Origin: a bacterium
GTDB taxonomy: Bacteria; Hinthialibacterota; Hinthialibacteria; Hinthialibacterales; Hinthialibacteraceae
Direction of reading: 5' to 3'
NCBI GenBank assembly: GCA_041946805.1
Contig: JBHGBC010000023.1
Span: 1 to 64,000, forward strand
Length of the DNA: 64,000 nt
The position numbers and the translations under genes were made by a program. The notes beneath the pieces were generated by a model. That model was not told the DNA's origin and did no database searches. It saw only the letters and a list, made by a program, of their open reading frames with translations. Shown piece by piece: positions 10,701 through 19,553 of this stretch (position 1 is the first letter of the stretch; the number at the start of each line of letters is the position of its first letter).

Positions 10701-10907
10701 ATGAAATTCCAAGTCCACATTCGCTGGGATGAAGCCGCCAGGGAGTATTATGTCCACACCCTGGGCGAGCCGGACTGTTTCGCGGCGGGGAAAAGCCGCG
10801 AGGAAGCGCTGGAAAACATCCGGGGCGAAATCCGGTACCGCGTGGAATATTGCCCATGCGCCTGGGTTTCCGACGATTACGTGCAACTGGACATCCTGGA
10901 AGGATAA
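10701..10907 (+). CDS. Small HicB-like (UPF0150) domain protein with a CPC motif
   Basis: YYV...PDCFAAGKSREEALENIRGEI resembles the HicB N-domain; followed by YCPC. Confidence 0.7.
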   Translation: MKFQVHIRWDEAAREYYVHTLGEPDCFAAGKSREEALENIRGEIRYRVEYCPCAWVSDDYVQLDILEG

Positions 10908-10920
10908 GAGTGCTGTCCGA

Positions 10921-11925
10921 GTGGCTGGATACGACGTGATCATCATCGGAGCGGGTCCCATTGGGATCGCGTGCGCGGTGGAAGCCCGGCGGCGCGGATT
11001 GCGGCACCTGGTGCTGGAAAAAGGCTGCCTGGTGAACTCGATTTACCACTACCCGGTCAATATGCGCTTCTTTTCCACACCCGATCTGCTGGAAATCGCG
11101 GGCATCCCCTTCGTGTGCCAGGGTGAAAAGCCCACCCGAGCGGAAGCCCTGGAGTATTACCGCCGCTTGGTGGAGTTCTTCACGTTGGAGATCCATCTTT
11201 ATGAGGAGGTACTCGATATCCAAGGCGGGGACGGCGCATTCCGCGTGGTGACCCGCAAGGGAGAGTACGGCGCGGCCAAAATCATCCTGGCCACGGGATT
11301 TTTCGACCGCCCCCGGCTGATGCGGGTCCCCGGCGAGGAGCTGGACAAGGTCAGCCACTATTACCGGGAGCCGCACCCCTACGCGCATCAGGATCTGTTG
11401 ATCGTGGGCAGCGGCAATTCGTCAGCCATCGCCGCCCTGGAATGCCATCGCCATCACGCGCGTGTCACGGTGGCCATTCGGGGAGAGGATTTTCACGAAG
11501 GAGTGAAATACTGGATCCTGCCCGATATGAAAAACCGCATCAAGGACAAAGAAATCACCGCCTATTTTCAAACCCAAGTCGTGGAAATCAAACCGGCCTT
11601 GGTGGTGCTGAGCAATTCAATTCATGGATCCTTTGAAATCCCCAACGATTTCGTCCTGGCCCTGACCGGCTACGAGCCCGACTACGATTTTTTACACCGG
11701 ATCGGCATCCCCGAGCGGGACGACGACAGCCGCACTCCGGCGCATAATCCCGTGACCTACGAAACCCGCCGGCCGGGGATCTACTTGGCGGGCGTGGTGG
11801 TGGGCGGCCGACGCACCAACCAATGGTTCATCGAGAACAGCCGCGCGCATCCGGCGGCCATCTTCGACCACTTGCTAGCCCACTCGCTCCCTGCCGAAGC
11901 AATGCCGCACCCGAAGTCCAGATGA
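10921..11925 (+). CDS. ypdA: YpdA-family putative bacillithiol disulfide reductase
   Basis: IIGAGPIG, EKGCLVNSIYHYP, FFSTPDLLEI, KPTRAEALEYYR, FIENSRAH; GTG start uncertain. Confidence 0.88.
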   Translation: MAGYDVIIIGAGPIGIACAVEARRRGLRHLVLEKGCLVNSIYHYPVNMRFFSTPDLLEIAGIPFVCQGEKPTRAEALEYYRRLVEFFTLEIHLYEEVLDIQGGDGAFRVVTRKGEYGAAKIILATGFFDRPRLMRVPGEELDKVSHYYREPHPYAHQDLLIVGSGNSSAIAALECHRHHARVTVAIRGEDFHEGVKYWILPDMKNRIKDKEITAYFQTQVVEIKPALVVLSNSIHGSFEIPNDFVLALTGYEPDYDFLHRIGIPERDDDSRTPAHNPVTYETRRPGIYLAGVVVGGRRTNQWFIENSRAHPAAIFDHLLAHSLPAEAMPHPKSR

Positions 11926-12524
11926 GGTGAAGCGGGACTGGTCCCCTAGAATGGATTCACGCGCGGCCCGTATCCCATCATGATCCGGGCCCTCTTGCGC
12001 AGCGTGGAAGACAGATCCCGGCAAGAGTTCCGTATTCGCGGTATTATTTATATATATAAAACATTATTTCAAAAAGAACGCCTGGCTTCTGGCGACCAAG
12101 CGTTTTCAGGGGGGAATTGGATGAAGATGTTACAAAATTGGTTTAGCTTTGAAATATTTTCACACCTATTTAGCGTTAGACATGCAAACTGGCTTCCGGT
12201 CCGCAGTCGGAAAAACAAAATCATTATAGAGGGTAATTGATTTCGTCAAATCAGGGAATTAATTCTTTTTTTGTCAGGATTTTCCCGATAGATGCTTCCG
12301 AAAAATCTTACATCTCATCACTCCATGCCGCCATGCGCGGATGAGAATCCCTGGAGATGACTACCATAAGTATTTGTATTTGAATAAGTTATGCGCGTGT
12401 ATCGTGGAATCTGCCTTCCGCGGATACAATAGTCCTGTCCCCTTGGCTCAAGATCGGCCCGGCGGCGGCCGAGGGTGGAATGAATTCGAATATCGATAAT
12501 TGATAAGAAAAATGAACCATCCGG

Positions 12525-13094
12525 ATGGAAACGATGTCTAGAATCTGGAAAACACTGAACTCGGAAATCATCTTGCGGACGCCAGGCGTGGATGTGCGGC
12601 GGGATTGCGTGGAACTGCGCAACGGCAACATTATCGACTATTACGTCTTCGAAATCCGGGAATGGGCCTCGATCGTACCCATAACCGAGGATGGAAAACT
12701 GGTGCTGGTCGAGCAATACCGCCATGCCTGCGGGGGGATCACCATCGAATTTCCCGCGGGGCTTGTCGATCCCAACGACGCGTCGCCGCTGGACACCGCC
12801 CGGCGCGAGTTGGAGGAAGAAACCGGCTACACCAGCGAGGAGTGGACGTTTCTGGGAAAATTCCAGCTGGGGCCTTCCAAAATCCGCAACGCCTTTCACC
12901 TCTATTGCGCGCGGAATTGCAAACTGACCGGCGCGCAGAACCTGGATGAGACAGAAGACATCCGGGTAGTCACGGTGACCGTGGAAGAGTTTCAAAAACT
13001 GTTCGAGTGCGGTAAAATCACCGATGTCGATTCGGCCATCGGCTGGCTGCTATGCCGCTCCAACGGCATCCTGACCTCTCCCTGCCCGGCTTGA
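12525..13094 (+). CDS. NUDIX hydrolase (ADP-ribose pyrophosphatase-like)
   Basis: Nudix box PAGLVD...[22 protein letters not shown]. Confidence 0.9.
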   Translation: METMSRIWKTLNSEIILRTPGVDVRRDCVELRNGNIIDYYVFEIREWASIVPITEDGKLVLVEQYRHACGGITIEFPAGLVDPNDASPLDTARRELEEETGYTSEEWTFLGKFQLGPSKIRNAFHLYCARNCKLTGAQNLDETEDIRVVTVTVEEFQKLFECGKITDVDSAIGWLLCRSNGILTSPCPA

Positions 13095-13245
13095 GCGGAG
13101 CGGATTCTCTTTCTCCAAGGAGCGGCCCGCCGGCCGCCCTTACACTCCATATGTGTCATCCCTCCCGTGGGAACATGCCGCCTTGCGCTACAGCCATCCG
13201 AGATGATCTCCTGCATTCACACAATTCAGGAATGGAAATGGTCTA

Positions 13246-13860
13246 TCACGATCCGCCCGCGGCCGCGCTGGCGCTTTGGATTTCCGGACTGGCGCTGGAG
13301 GGAAAGCCGAAGATCCGCGCCTCGTTAACCGCCAGGATGAATTTGTAATTATCGAAGTCCATGAATCCCCCCAGCACGCCCGAAAAGTTGATCACTTCAT
13401 CGGTCCGGAGTTGGGCGGCTACTCCGGCCGGGATGTTTTGCAGCACCACGTCAGGCAAAAAGTAGCGGGGATCTTTTTGCTCGAGATCCATTTCCACTAC
13501 CAGCCGCGCCTGGTCCGAGGCCGGGATGGGCAGTATTTGCACAATCCGCCCCACCCAGCCGCCGATGGCCTTCCCCGATAAATTGTGGCCGTATTTGGCC
13601 AGTTTGTCCGGTTCATGAATGATTTCCTTGTTGGCCCGGATGCCGGGAAAATCGGGTCCGCTCAGCCCGGGCGTCGGCACGGGGGTGGGCGCCGGCGTGG
13701 GTGAGGGCGTGGGCTGGCTCACCGTGGGTTGTGCATCGTTCAGGGTGGTTGGCTGATCCGGTTTCCCGCACGCCTGGAACCATGCCAATGCGGCCAGGAA
13801 CAAAATCCACGCGAACGCGAGTTGCTGTGAAGACGAAAGAGTCATCGATTTTTCCTTCAT
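13246..13860 (-). CDS. Hypothetical lipoprotein with a Pro/Thr linker
   Basis: Hydrophobic stretch ending FQA-C (lipobox); PTPSPTPAPTPVPTP linker; possible OB-like domain. Confidence 0.7.
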   Translation of the reverse strand: MKEKSMTLSSSQQLAFAWILFLAALAWFQACGKPDQPTTLNDAQPTVSQPTPSPTPAPTPVPTPGLSGPDFPGIRANKEIIHEPDKLAKYGHNLSGKAIGGWVGRIVQILPIPASDQARLVVEMDLEQKDPRYFLPDVVLQNIPAGVAAQLRTDEVINFSGVLGGFMDFDNYKFILAVNEARIFGFPSSASPEIQSASAAAGGS

Positions 13861-14019
13861 CGCTCGAATTTCAAAAGAATCCAGAATTCACGCGGAGAGG
13901 GTTTTTTCTCAGTGTTATTTTGTTCCGTTCCCGCGCGTCTTCAAGATAAACGGACGAACCGGGACAAGGTCCCGCTCAATGAAAAACCGATATGAAATTT
14001 TCTGCTTTCAGTGATTCGC

Positions 14020-14355
14020 TCATAGGAGTTTCAAGCCGTTGGGAACAGGGCGTTCGGGTTGTGCGAGAACCACGACACCCTCTTCGGGAATGAATCCGGT
14101 GATCAACACCTCGGAAGTGAAATCGGCCACTTTTTTCGGAGGAAAATTCACGACGCAGATCACCTGTTTCCCGAGCAAGGCTTCCTTCGTGTAGAGTTTC
14201 GTAATCTGGGCGCTGGATTGGCGGACGCCAAATTCACCCAGGTCCACCCGGATTTTATAGGCCGGTTTGCGGGCCTTGGAAAACTCCTCCACGGCGATGA
14301 TGGTTCCCACGCGGATTTCCACTCTTTCAAAGTCCTGCCAGGTAATTGGTTCCAT
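14020..14355 (-). CDS. csaA: CsaA/Trbp111-family tRNA-binding protein and export chaperone
   Basis: [38 protein letters not shown]. Confidence 0.9.
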   Translation of the reverse strand: MEPITWQDFERVEIRVGTIIAVEEFSKARKPAYKIRVDLGEFGVRQSSAQITKLYTKEALLGKQVICVVNFPPKKVADFTSEVLITGFIPEEGVVVLAQPERPVPNGLKLL

Positions 14356-14600
14356 CTCGCTTACACAATCTCACTGATCGATGGCGGTGATAGGGGAATG
14401 AGACCGGATGATAGCCTGGTTTCATCCCGGGATCGATGGGATGCCGCGCCGCGCAGGGAGCCCACACTTCATTCCCGGGAGCCTGCTCCCATTTCGGAAC
14501 CCCCATAGGCGTCCTCAGCAGGCCATGGTACGATGAAAAAGCATCCGGTTGCGGGTTGAACTTCTCCCGGCCGGGATATTCTGGATGGGGTGAATGGATC

Positions 14601-16052
14601 ATGACGCGTATGAATATCGGTTTCACGAGCCTGATGCACCGGCGTCATTTCGGCCTGACGATGGGCATGATCGCGGGCGGCCTGCTGGCGGGTCCCGGGA
14701 TGAAACCGGCCCAATCGGCGGCAAGCGGGATAGACACCCGCCCGCCCGCGCGGGTGATGGGGGCGTTTTTGTATCCGCCGACGGAACAGCTACGGAAGGA
14801 AGGCTATTTCAGCTGGCCGGGTTCGACCTTTGACGCCGAGGGGCGGCAAGCCCAGTACATGCGGAGCCTGCGCGAGATCGAGAGCGGCCTGGGGATGCGC
14901 ATCGAAATGGCCGACCAACCAGTGGACGGCGAGGAGAGCATTCTCCGGTTTATCCAGGCAGTTCAGGAAACCAAACCGGACGGTTTACTGCTGATCCCCT
15001 TCAAAAAAAGCCATTTTGAAGCCGTGTTGCGGATCTTGAAGGAAGCGCCGGTCCCCGCGGTGGTCTTCGCCACGCAGGGCATCCTGCTGAACGCGCACAT
15101 CCAAACGCTGCGCGGCCAGCCGGGCGTATACCTGATCAATTCCCTGGACAACCTCGATGCGGTGCGGCGGGGGATGAAGATGATCCGCGCGGGGCGCCGG
15201 ATGAAGGACAGCCTCATCGTGAATATCGATGGCGCGGAGACCCGGGAAACCCAAGCGCCGCCTTGGGGCACGCGGATCCGGACGATTCCCCACCAGCGGT
15301 TTTACTCGGCCTTCCAGGCCATGCCGGCCACGGACGAGGTTCAGCGCCTGGCCCGGGAGTTTCTGCGGAATGCTGTCCAGCGGGTGGAACCGTCCGAAGC
15401 CGACGTTCTCGAGGCCGCCAAGACCTACTTCGTCTTCAAGCAGATCCTCGAAAGTGAACAAGCGCACGCGGTGATGATGAACTGCCTGCCCGGGCTGCGC
15501 GAACCGCATCAACACGTCCCCCCGTGCATGGGTTACATGAACCTGCGCGACGAAGGCATCCCCGCGGGCTGCGAATCGGACTTGGACGCGACCCTGACCC
15601 TGCTGTTGATCCAGGAATTGTTCGACCGGCCGGGCTTCCAGCACAATCCCTCCATGGACACGGAGTACAACCGCTACTTCGGGGCGCATTGCACCTGCGC
15701 GTCGCGGATGAGCGGGAAGGACGGCGCGCCCGAACGGTACTGCCTGCGCAGCCACGCGGAGGCCGGCTGGGGCTGCGTTCCCCAGGTGTTGTTTCCCCTG
15801 GGGCAGGAAGTGACCTTCGGAAAATTGCTGTCCAGCGAGACTCCGCCCCGGATGCTGGTCTACGGCGGCAAAATCGCGGGCTGTCCCCCCAATCCCCCCG
15901 CCGGCGGCTGCCGCACTAATCTGGAACTGGAACTTGATGAACTGGAAGACGCGCGGGATGTGAAGGGCCATCACCTCTGCCTGTTCTACGGCCGGCACGC
16001 GCGGGACCTGCGGATCTTCTGCCAGTTGTACCAAATCCAGGCCGTGTCGTGA
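14601..16052 (+). CDS. Tat-signal protein with an L-fucose/L-arabinose isomerase-like C-terminal region
   Basis: HRRHFGL twin-Arg plus hydrophobic stretch; PCMG, GIPAGCESD, AHCT, GCRT, GHH motifs; start could instead be 14634. Confidence 0.65.
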   Translation: MTRMNIGFTSLMHRRHFGLTMGMIAGGLLAGPGMKPAQSAASGIDTRPPARVMGAFLYPPTEQLRKEGYFSWPGSTFDAEGRQAQYMRSLREIESGLGMRIEMADQPVDGEESILRFIQAVQETKPDGLLLIPFKKSHFEAVLRILKEAPVPAVVFATQGILLNAHIQTLRGQPGVYLINSLDNLDAVRRGMKMIRAGRRMKDSLIVNIDGAETRETQAPPWGTRIRTIPHQRFYSAFQAMPATDEVQRLAREFLRNAVQRVEPSEADVLEAAKTYFVFKQILESEQAHAVMMNCLPGLREPHQHVPPCMGYMNLRDEGIPAGCESDLDATLTLLLIQELFDRPGFQHNPSMDTEYNRYFGAHCTCASRMSGKDGAPERYCLRSHAEAGWGCVPQVLFPLGQEVTFGKLLSSETPPRMLVYGGKIAGCPPNPPAGGCRTNLELELDELEDARDVKGHHLCLFYGRHARDLRIFCQLYQIQAVS

Positions 16053-16244
16053 ACCTCTCCCGCGGCGGAAATCTAGCCCGAACTTAAAGCTGACACGATT
16101 CACTATGTCCTTTCGGTTTTTCTGCTTCCTCCCCTGAAAAGCCGTCCGGCGCGGCTCAACCTCCGCCGCCTGCCGCAAAGTCCTCCCGCCGTCCGGCGCC
16201 TCCTTTCTTGCGAATTCCCGCCAGCACCCTGAATCTGATCGCTA

Positions 16245-16361
16245 AACTGATTCATTATTAATCAGTTAAATGTATTATGATCATTTGATTATTTTATGAT
16301 GTCATGATATATTTATTTCAATACGAATCGATCATGATCTTACAAATTAGATCATATGATC
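16245..16361. promoter_or_regulatory. AT-rich region with clustered palindromes (candidate operators)
   Basis: AACTGATT-N7-AATCAGTT (16245-16267), ATGATCAT, GATCATGATC (16330-16339), GATCATATGATC (16350-16361). Confidence 0.5.
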
Positions 16362-16388
16362 GAAAAAATCAGAAAGGGGAGCAAGAGA

Positions 16389-18413
16389 ATGGCACAGCGG
16401 TTTTGGATGATGCTCGGATGCGCCGCGTTGGTGCTGGCGGTCCTGCCCGCCGGGCACGCGCAGCAGCCGGGCGACGTCTACATGTGGGAATTCAACGAAG
16501 GCGGCGGGGACACGGTGACCGACAACAGCGGCGCGTTTCCGGCGCAGGTCGGATTGCCGCTGGATTCAACTCAGGCGCCGGCCTCCAGCCCGGATTCGCC
16601 CTCCGGAGCGGCGGGCGACCGCTCGGTGGTGGTGAACGGGGGTCTGACCGTGGATGACACGGACGGCCCCGTGCTCGCCATTCAGGACGGTCCCATCACC
16701 ATGGAAGCCTGGATCCGCTTGCAGGGCTTGAACGCCACCAACGGCATCCTGGCCTACGGCGCGTCGTACAAGATGGGCATCAACAACGGCATGTTCGTCT
16801 GGACGTTTTACGGCGTCGAGGACGTGGACAGCGGCGTTCCCATCGAGGCCGACGACACCTGGCATCATGTCGCCATGGCCTGGGAACCGGGCGTGGGCGT
16901 GCATTTTTATCTCGACGGGCAACTCGCCGGGACCACGGAGACGGCCAACACCGGCCGCGCGCCGCAGAACAGTCTGCTGAACATCGGCAGCGAGACGGCC
17001 GGCGGCAGTCCCTTGGCGGGCCAGATCGACCGGGCGAGGATTCATCACGCCTTGCTGGACGTTGCCCAGCTGGACAGCGACCGTGCGGCGCCGAAAGCGC
17101 CGATGGCCACCACCGTGGTGGCGTATGACTTCAACGAAGCCCAACTGCCCTTCGCGAATGGAACTGCCGCGGTCCGGCCCGCGGTGAGCACCGCCGAATT
17201 GAACGCCTCCACCACCCGTCCGGCGTTTGTCCTCGATTCCCCCAAGGGAACCGCCGGCGATTATTCGCTGTATTTCGACGGCAACGACCGGGTCATCTTC
17301 GTGGATGACAAGGACATCCTGCAGTTCATTGATGAAAGTGTCACATTTGAAACCTGGTTGAAGATCGACGGGACGCAGCCCTCGAACCGCGCCATTCTCT
17401 TCGCCTACGGCGTGGGAGGCGCAAACGGCTATTCGTTCTCGTTCCGGGACAACGGGGCCAAGCCCGCGGCGGACCCGGATTCACCCTCCGGCCAGGCGGG
17501 CGATTACTCGGTAAAAGCGAACAAAGGGCTGATCGTGGATGATTCGGTGAATCCCGTACTGGCCATCCAGGACGGCCCCATGACCCTCGAAGCGTGGATC
17601 AAACTAGAAAGCCTGAATCAGACCAACGACATCCTCTCTTACGGCGACACTTACAAGATCGGCATTAACAACGGCGTGTTCGTCTACACTTTCCGGGATG
17701 TGGAAGACGTGCTGAGCGGAGTGGCCGCCACCGCCGACAACCAGTGGCATCACATCGCCATGGCCTGGGAGCCGGGTGTGGGCGTGACGTTTTACCTCGA
17801 CGGCGCGCAAGCGGCTTTCGTGGAAACCGCCAGCGCGCACCGGGAACTGCAGTCGAACATCCTGTATCTCGGGACCGGCGCGGGCGGCAGCGTCTTGCCG
17901 GGGTGGATCGACCGCGTGCGGATTCACCACGCCGTCTTGACCGCGGACCAGTTGGACAGCGACGCGGCCCATCCCAAGGCGCCGTTGAGCAGCACGCTCG
18001 CGTCGTACCCCTTTGACGAAGGCCGGCTGCCTTATCAGAACCAGGCCGGCGCCAACCTTCCCGCGGACAACACGCTCGGGCGGTTCACGATGACGGTCAC
18101 CACCTACGGCATCTTGGATGCCCACTCGACCGCCGAGATTCCCAATGACGGGCAATGGCACCACGTGGCGGCGGTGCACGATGTGTTCCAGGAATTCCGG
18201 TTTTACGTGGACGGCCGGCTGAAGGAAACCATGGCGTATGACGGCGGCGTCCGGTTCGCGGACGTGTATGAATTCCTGATCGGCCACGAACAGGGTGGCG
18301 GTAATCCTTACAAGGGATTCATGGACCGCGTGAAAATCACCCGCGGGGTGTTGACCGAAACCGCTCTCGATTATTTCGAGCCGGCGGCGGTGGAGCAGTG
18401 GCCGTTGTTCTAG
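16389..18413 (+). CDS. Exported multi-LamG (concanavalin A-like) protein with C-terminal AVEQWPLF
   Basis: Signal peptide ...GHA|Q; three T-x-E-[AT]-W / WHH[VI]A / Y[LV]DG / DR-x-[RK]-I motif sets. Confidence 0.85.
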   Translation: MAQRFWMMLGCAALVLAVLPAGHAQQPGDVYMWEFNEGGGDTVTDNSGAFPAQVGLPLDSTQAPASSPDSPSGAAGDRSVVVNGGLTVDDTDGPVLAIQDGPITMEAWIRLQGLNATNGILAYGASYKMGINNGMFVWTFYGVEDVDSGVPIEADDTWHHVAMAWEPGVGVHFYLDGQLAGTTETANTGRAPQNSLLNIGSETAGGSPLAGQIDRARIHHALLDVAQLDSDRAAPKAPMATTVVAYDFNEAQLPFANGTAAVRPAVSTAELNASTTRPAFVLDSPKGTAGDYSLYFDGNDRVIFVDDKDILQFIDESVTFETWLKIDGTQPSNRAILFAYGVGGANGYSFSFRDNGAKPAADPDSPSGQAGDYSVKANKGLIVDDSVNPVLAIQDGPMTLEAWIKLESLNQTNDILSYGDTYKIGINNGVFVYTFRDVEDVLSGVAATADNQWHHIAMAWEPGVGVTFYLDGAQAAFVETASAHRELQSNILYLGTGAGGSVLPGWIDRVRIHHAVLTADQLDSDAAHPKAPLSSTLASYPFDEGRLPYQNQAGANLPADNTLGRFTMTVTTYGILDAHSTAEIPNDGQWHHVAAVHDVFQEFRFYVDGRLKETMAYDGGVRFADVYEFLIGHEQGGGNPYKGFMDRVKITRGVLTETALDYFEPAAVEQWPLF

Positions 18414-18425
18414 CATGGCAAGGCA

Positions 18426-18461
18426 GGGGAAGGGGGGCTTCGCGCCTCCCTTCCCTTTTTT
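18426..18461 (+). terminator. Intrinsic terminator
   Basis: gggaaggggggc ttcg...cctcccttccc followed by a T-run, after the LamG gene. Confidence 0.75.
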
Positions 18462-18544
18462 ACTTGCCGCGCCGCTTACGTCTCCCCGGCGGACAATTAC
18501 ACTGTAAAGAGATACAGGCAAAGGAAGGTGATACCGCTTAAACC

Positions 18545-19105
18545 GTGAAAAACAGCGCAGGTTTTACCCTCATTGAATTGTTGATTGTCGTGGCGATCAT
18601 CGGCATATTGGCCGCCATCGCCGTGCCCAATTTTCTCAACGCCCAAATCCGCGCCAAGGTCGCGCGCGCCGAAGCCGATGAACGCTCGATCGGCACGGCC
18701 TTGGAATGCTACCGGCTGGACCATAACGCCTATCCCCTGGGCGGCGCCACCACCGGCGTGATGTTCGGGTTGGACCGGCTGACCACCCCCACGCCGTATA
18801 TGTCCGCGCTCCCCACGGATCCGTTCGAATTCAAAACCACGGTCACCGCGGGCGGATACGGTTGGTTCCCGGATATCATCCCCAATTACGTTTATTTGTA
18901 TGCCAAGGGAGGCGACGCCTCCCTCAGCCGGGATTATTTCTACAACACCGGCAAAATGCAAAGCCCCACCGCGGCTCCGCCCTCGATCGTGGACATGTGG
19001 CAGCTGCGCAGCCTGGGCCCCAACGGCCAGGGCGATTATGCCTTGGCGTACAGCCCCACCAACGGCCTGGTCAGCATCGGCGATATCTGCCGGTTCGGGC
19101 CGTAA
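18545..19105 (+). CDS. Prepilin-type (GspG/type IV pilin-like) protein #2
   Basis: GTG start; KNSAG|FTLIELLIVVAIIGILAAIAVPNFLNAQ; LTTP, DPF, SLGPN, TNGL..GD. Confidence 0.9.
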   Translation: MKNSAGFTLIELLIVVAIIGILAAIAVPNFLNAQIRAKVARAEADERSIGTALECYRLDHNAYPLGGATTGVMFGLDRLTTPTPYMSALPTDPFEFKTTVTAGGYGWFPDIIPNYVYLYAKGGDASLSRDYFYNTGKMQSPTAAPPSIVDMWQLRSLGPNGQGDYALAYSPTNGLVSIGDICRFGP

Positions 19106-19170
19106 TGATGATGTGGAAAGGATTCGCGCGCCAGCACATAACCCATCCAATCCGCAATCTCCCTTCTCTT

Positions 19171-19202
19171 CCCTCTCCCTCTGGGAGAGGGCCGGGGTGA
19201 GG
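19171..19202 (-). repeat. REP-like family A copy
   Basis: ccctctccctctgggagagggccggggtgagg. Confidence 0.85.
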
Positions 19203-19553
19203 AAGCCCTCCAGGCATTCCGCTTGATCCCTCTCCACGATTTCCTCCACGTCCCTTTCAAGTGGCCGCCGGCAACATTGCCAGGAATGCCTCCCGGGGGA
19301 GGAATCCACCCCCGTGCCATTCTTTTTTTGGCATGGAATTGCCGTTTTCCGGGCAAGAGGTATACTTCCCGCTCGGATTTTTTCCTGCCGGTCAAGGGTA
19401 GTCCACCACGAATCGTATCCTTGTTGGAATTGACTTCACCAAACCGGAATCGAATCCTCCGTCAATCGGAAGCAAGCCCAAAAAACAGGAGACTCCATGC
19501 GTCCCGAATCCATGTTGTTGGAAACGTTCCCCACCGAGGTAGAAGATACCGCC

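Noticed and set aside
10701..10907. HicAB toxin-antitoxin pair
   Set aside because: There is no HicA-like ORF adjacent, and the protein lacks the DNA-binding domain.
11920..11960. SAM-I riboswitch-like GAGG...GGGACTGG.CC
   Set aside because: It lacks the flanking ATC/GAT P1 and GCAACC elements and lies downstream of a gene.
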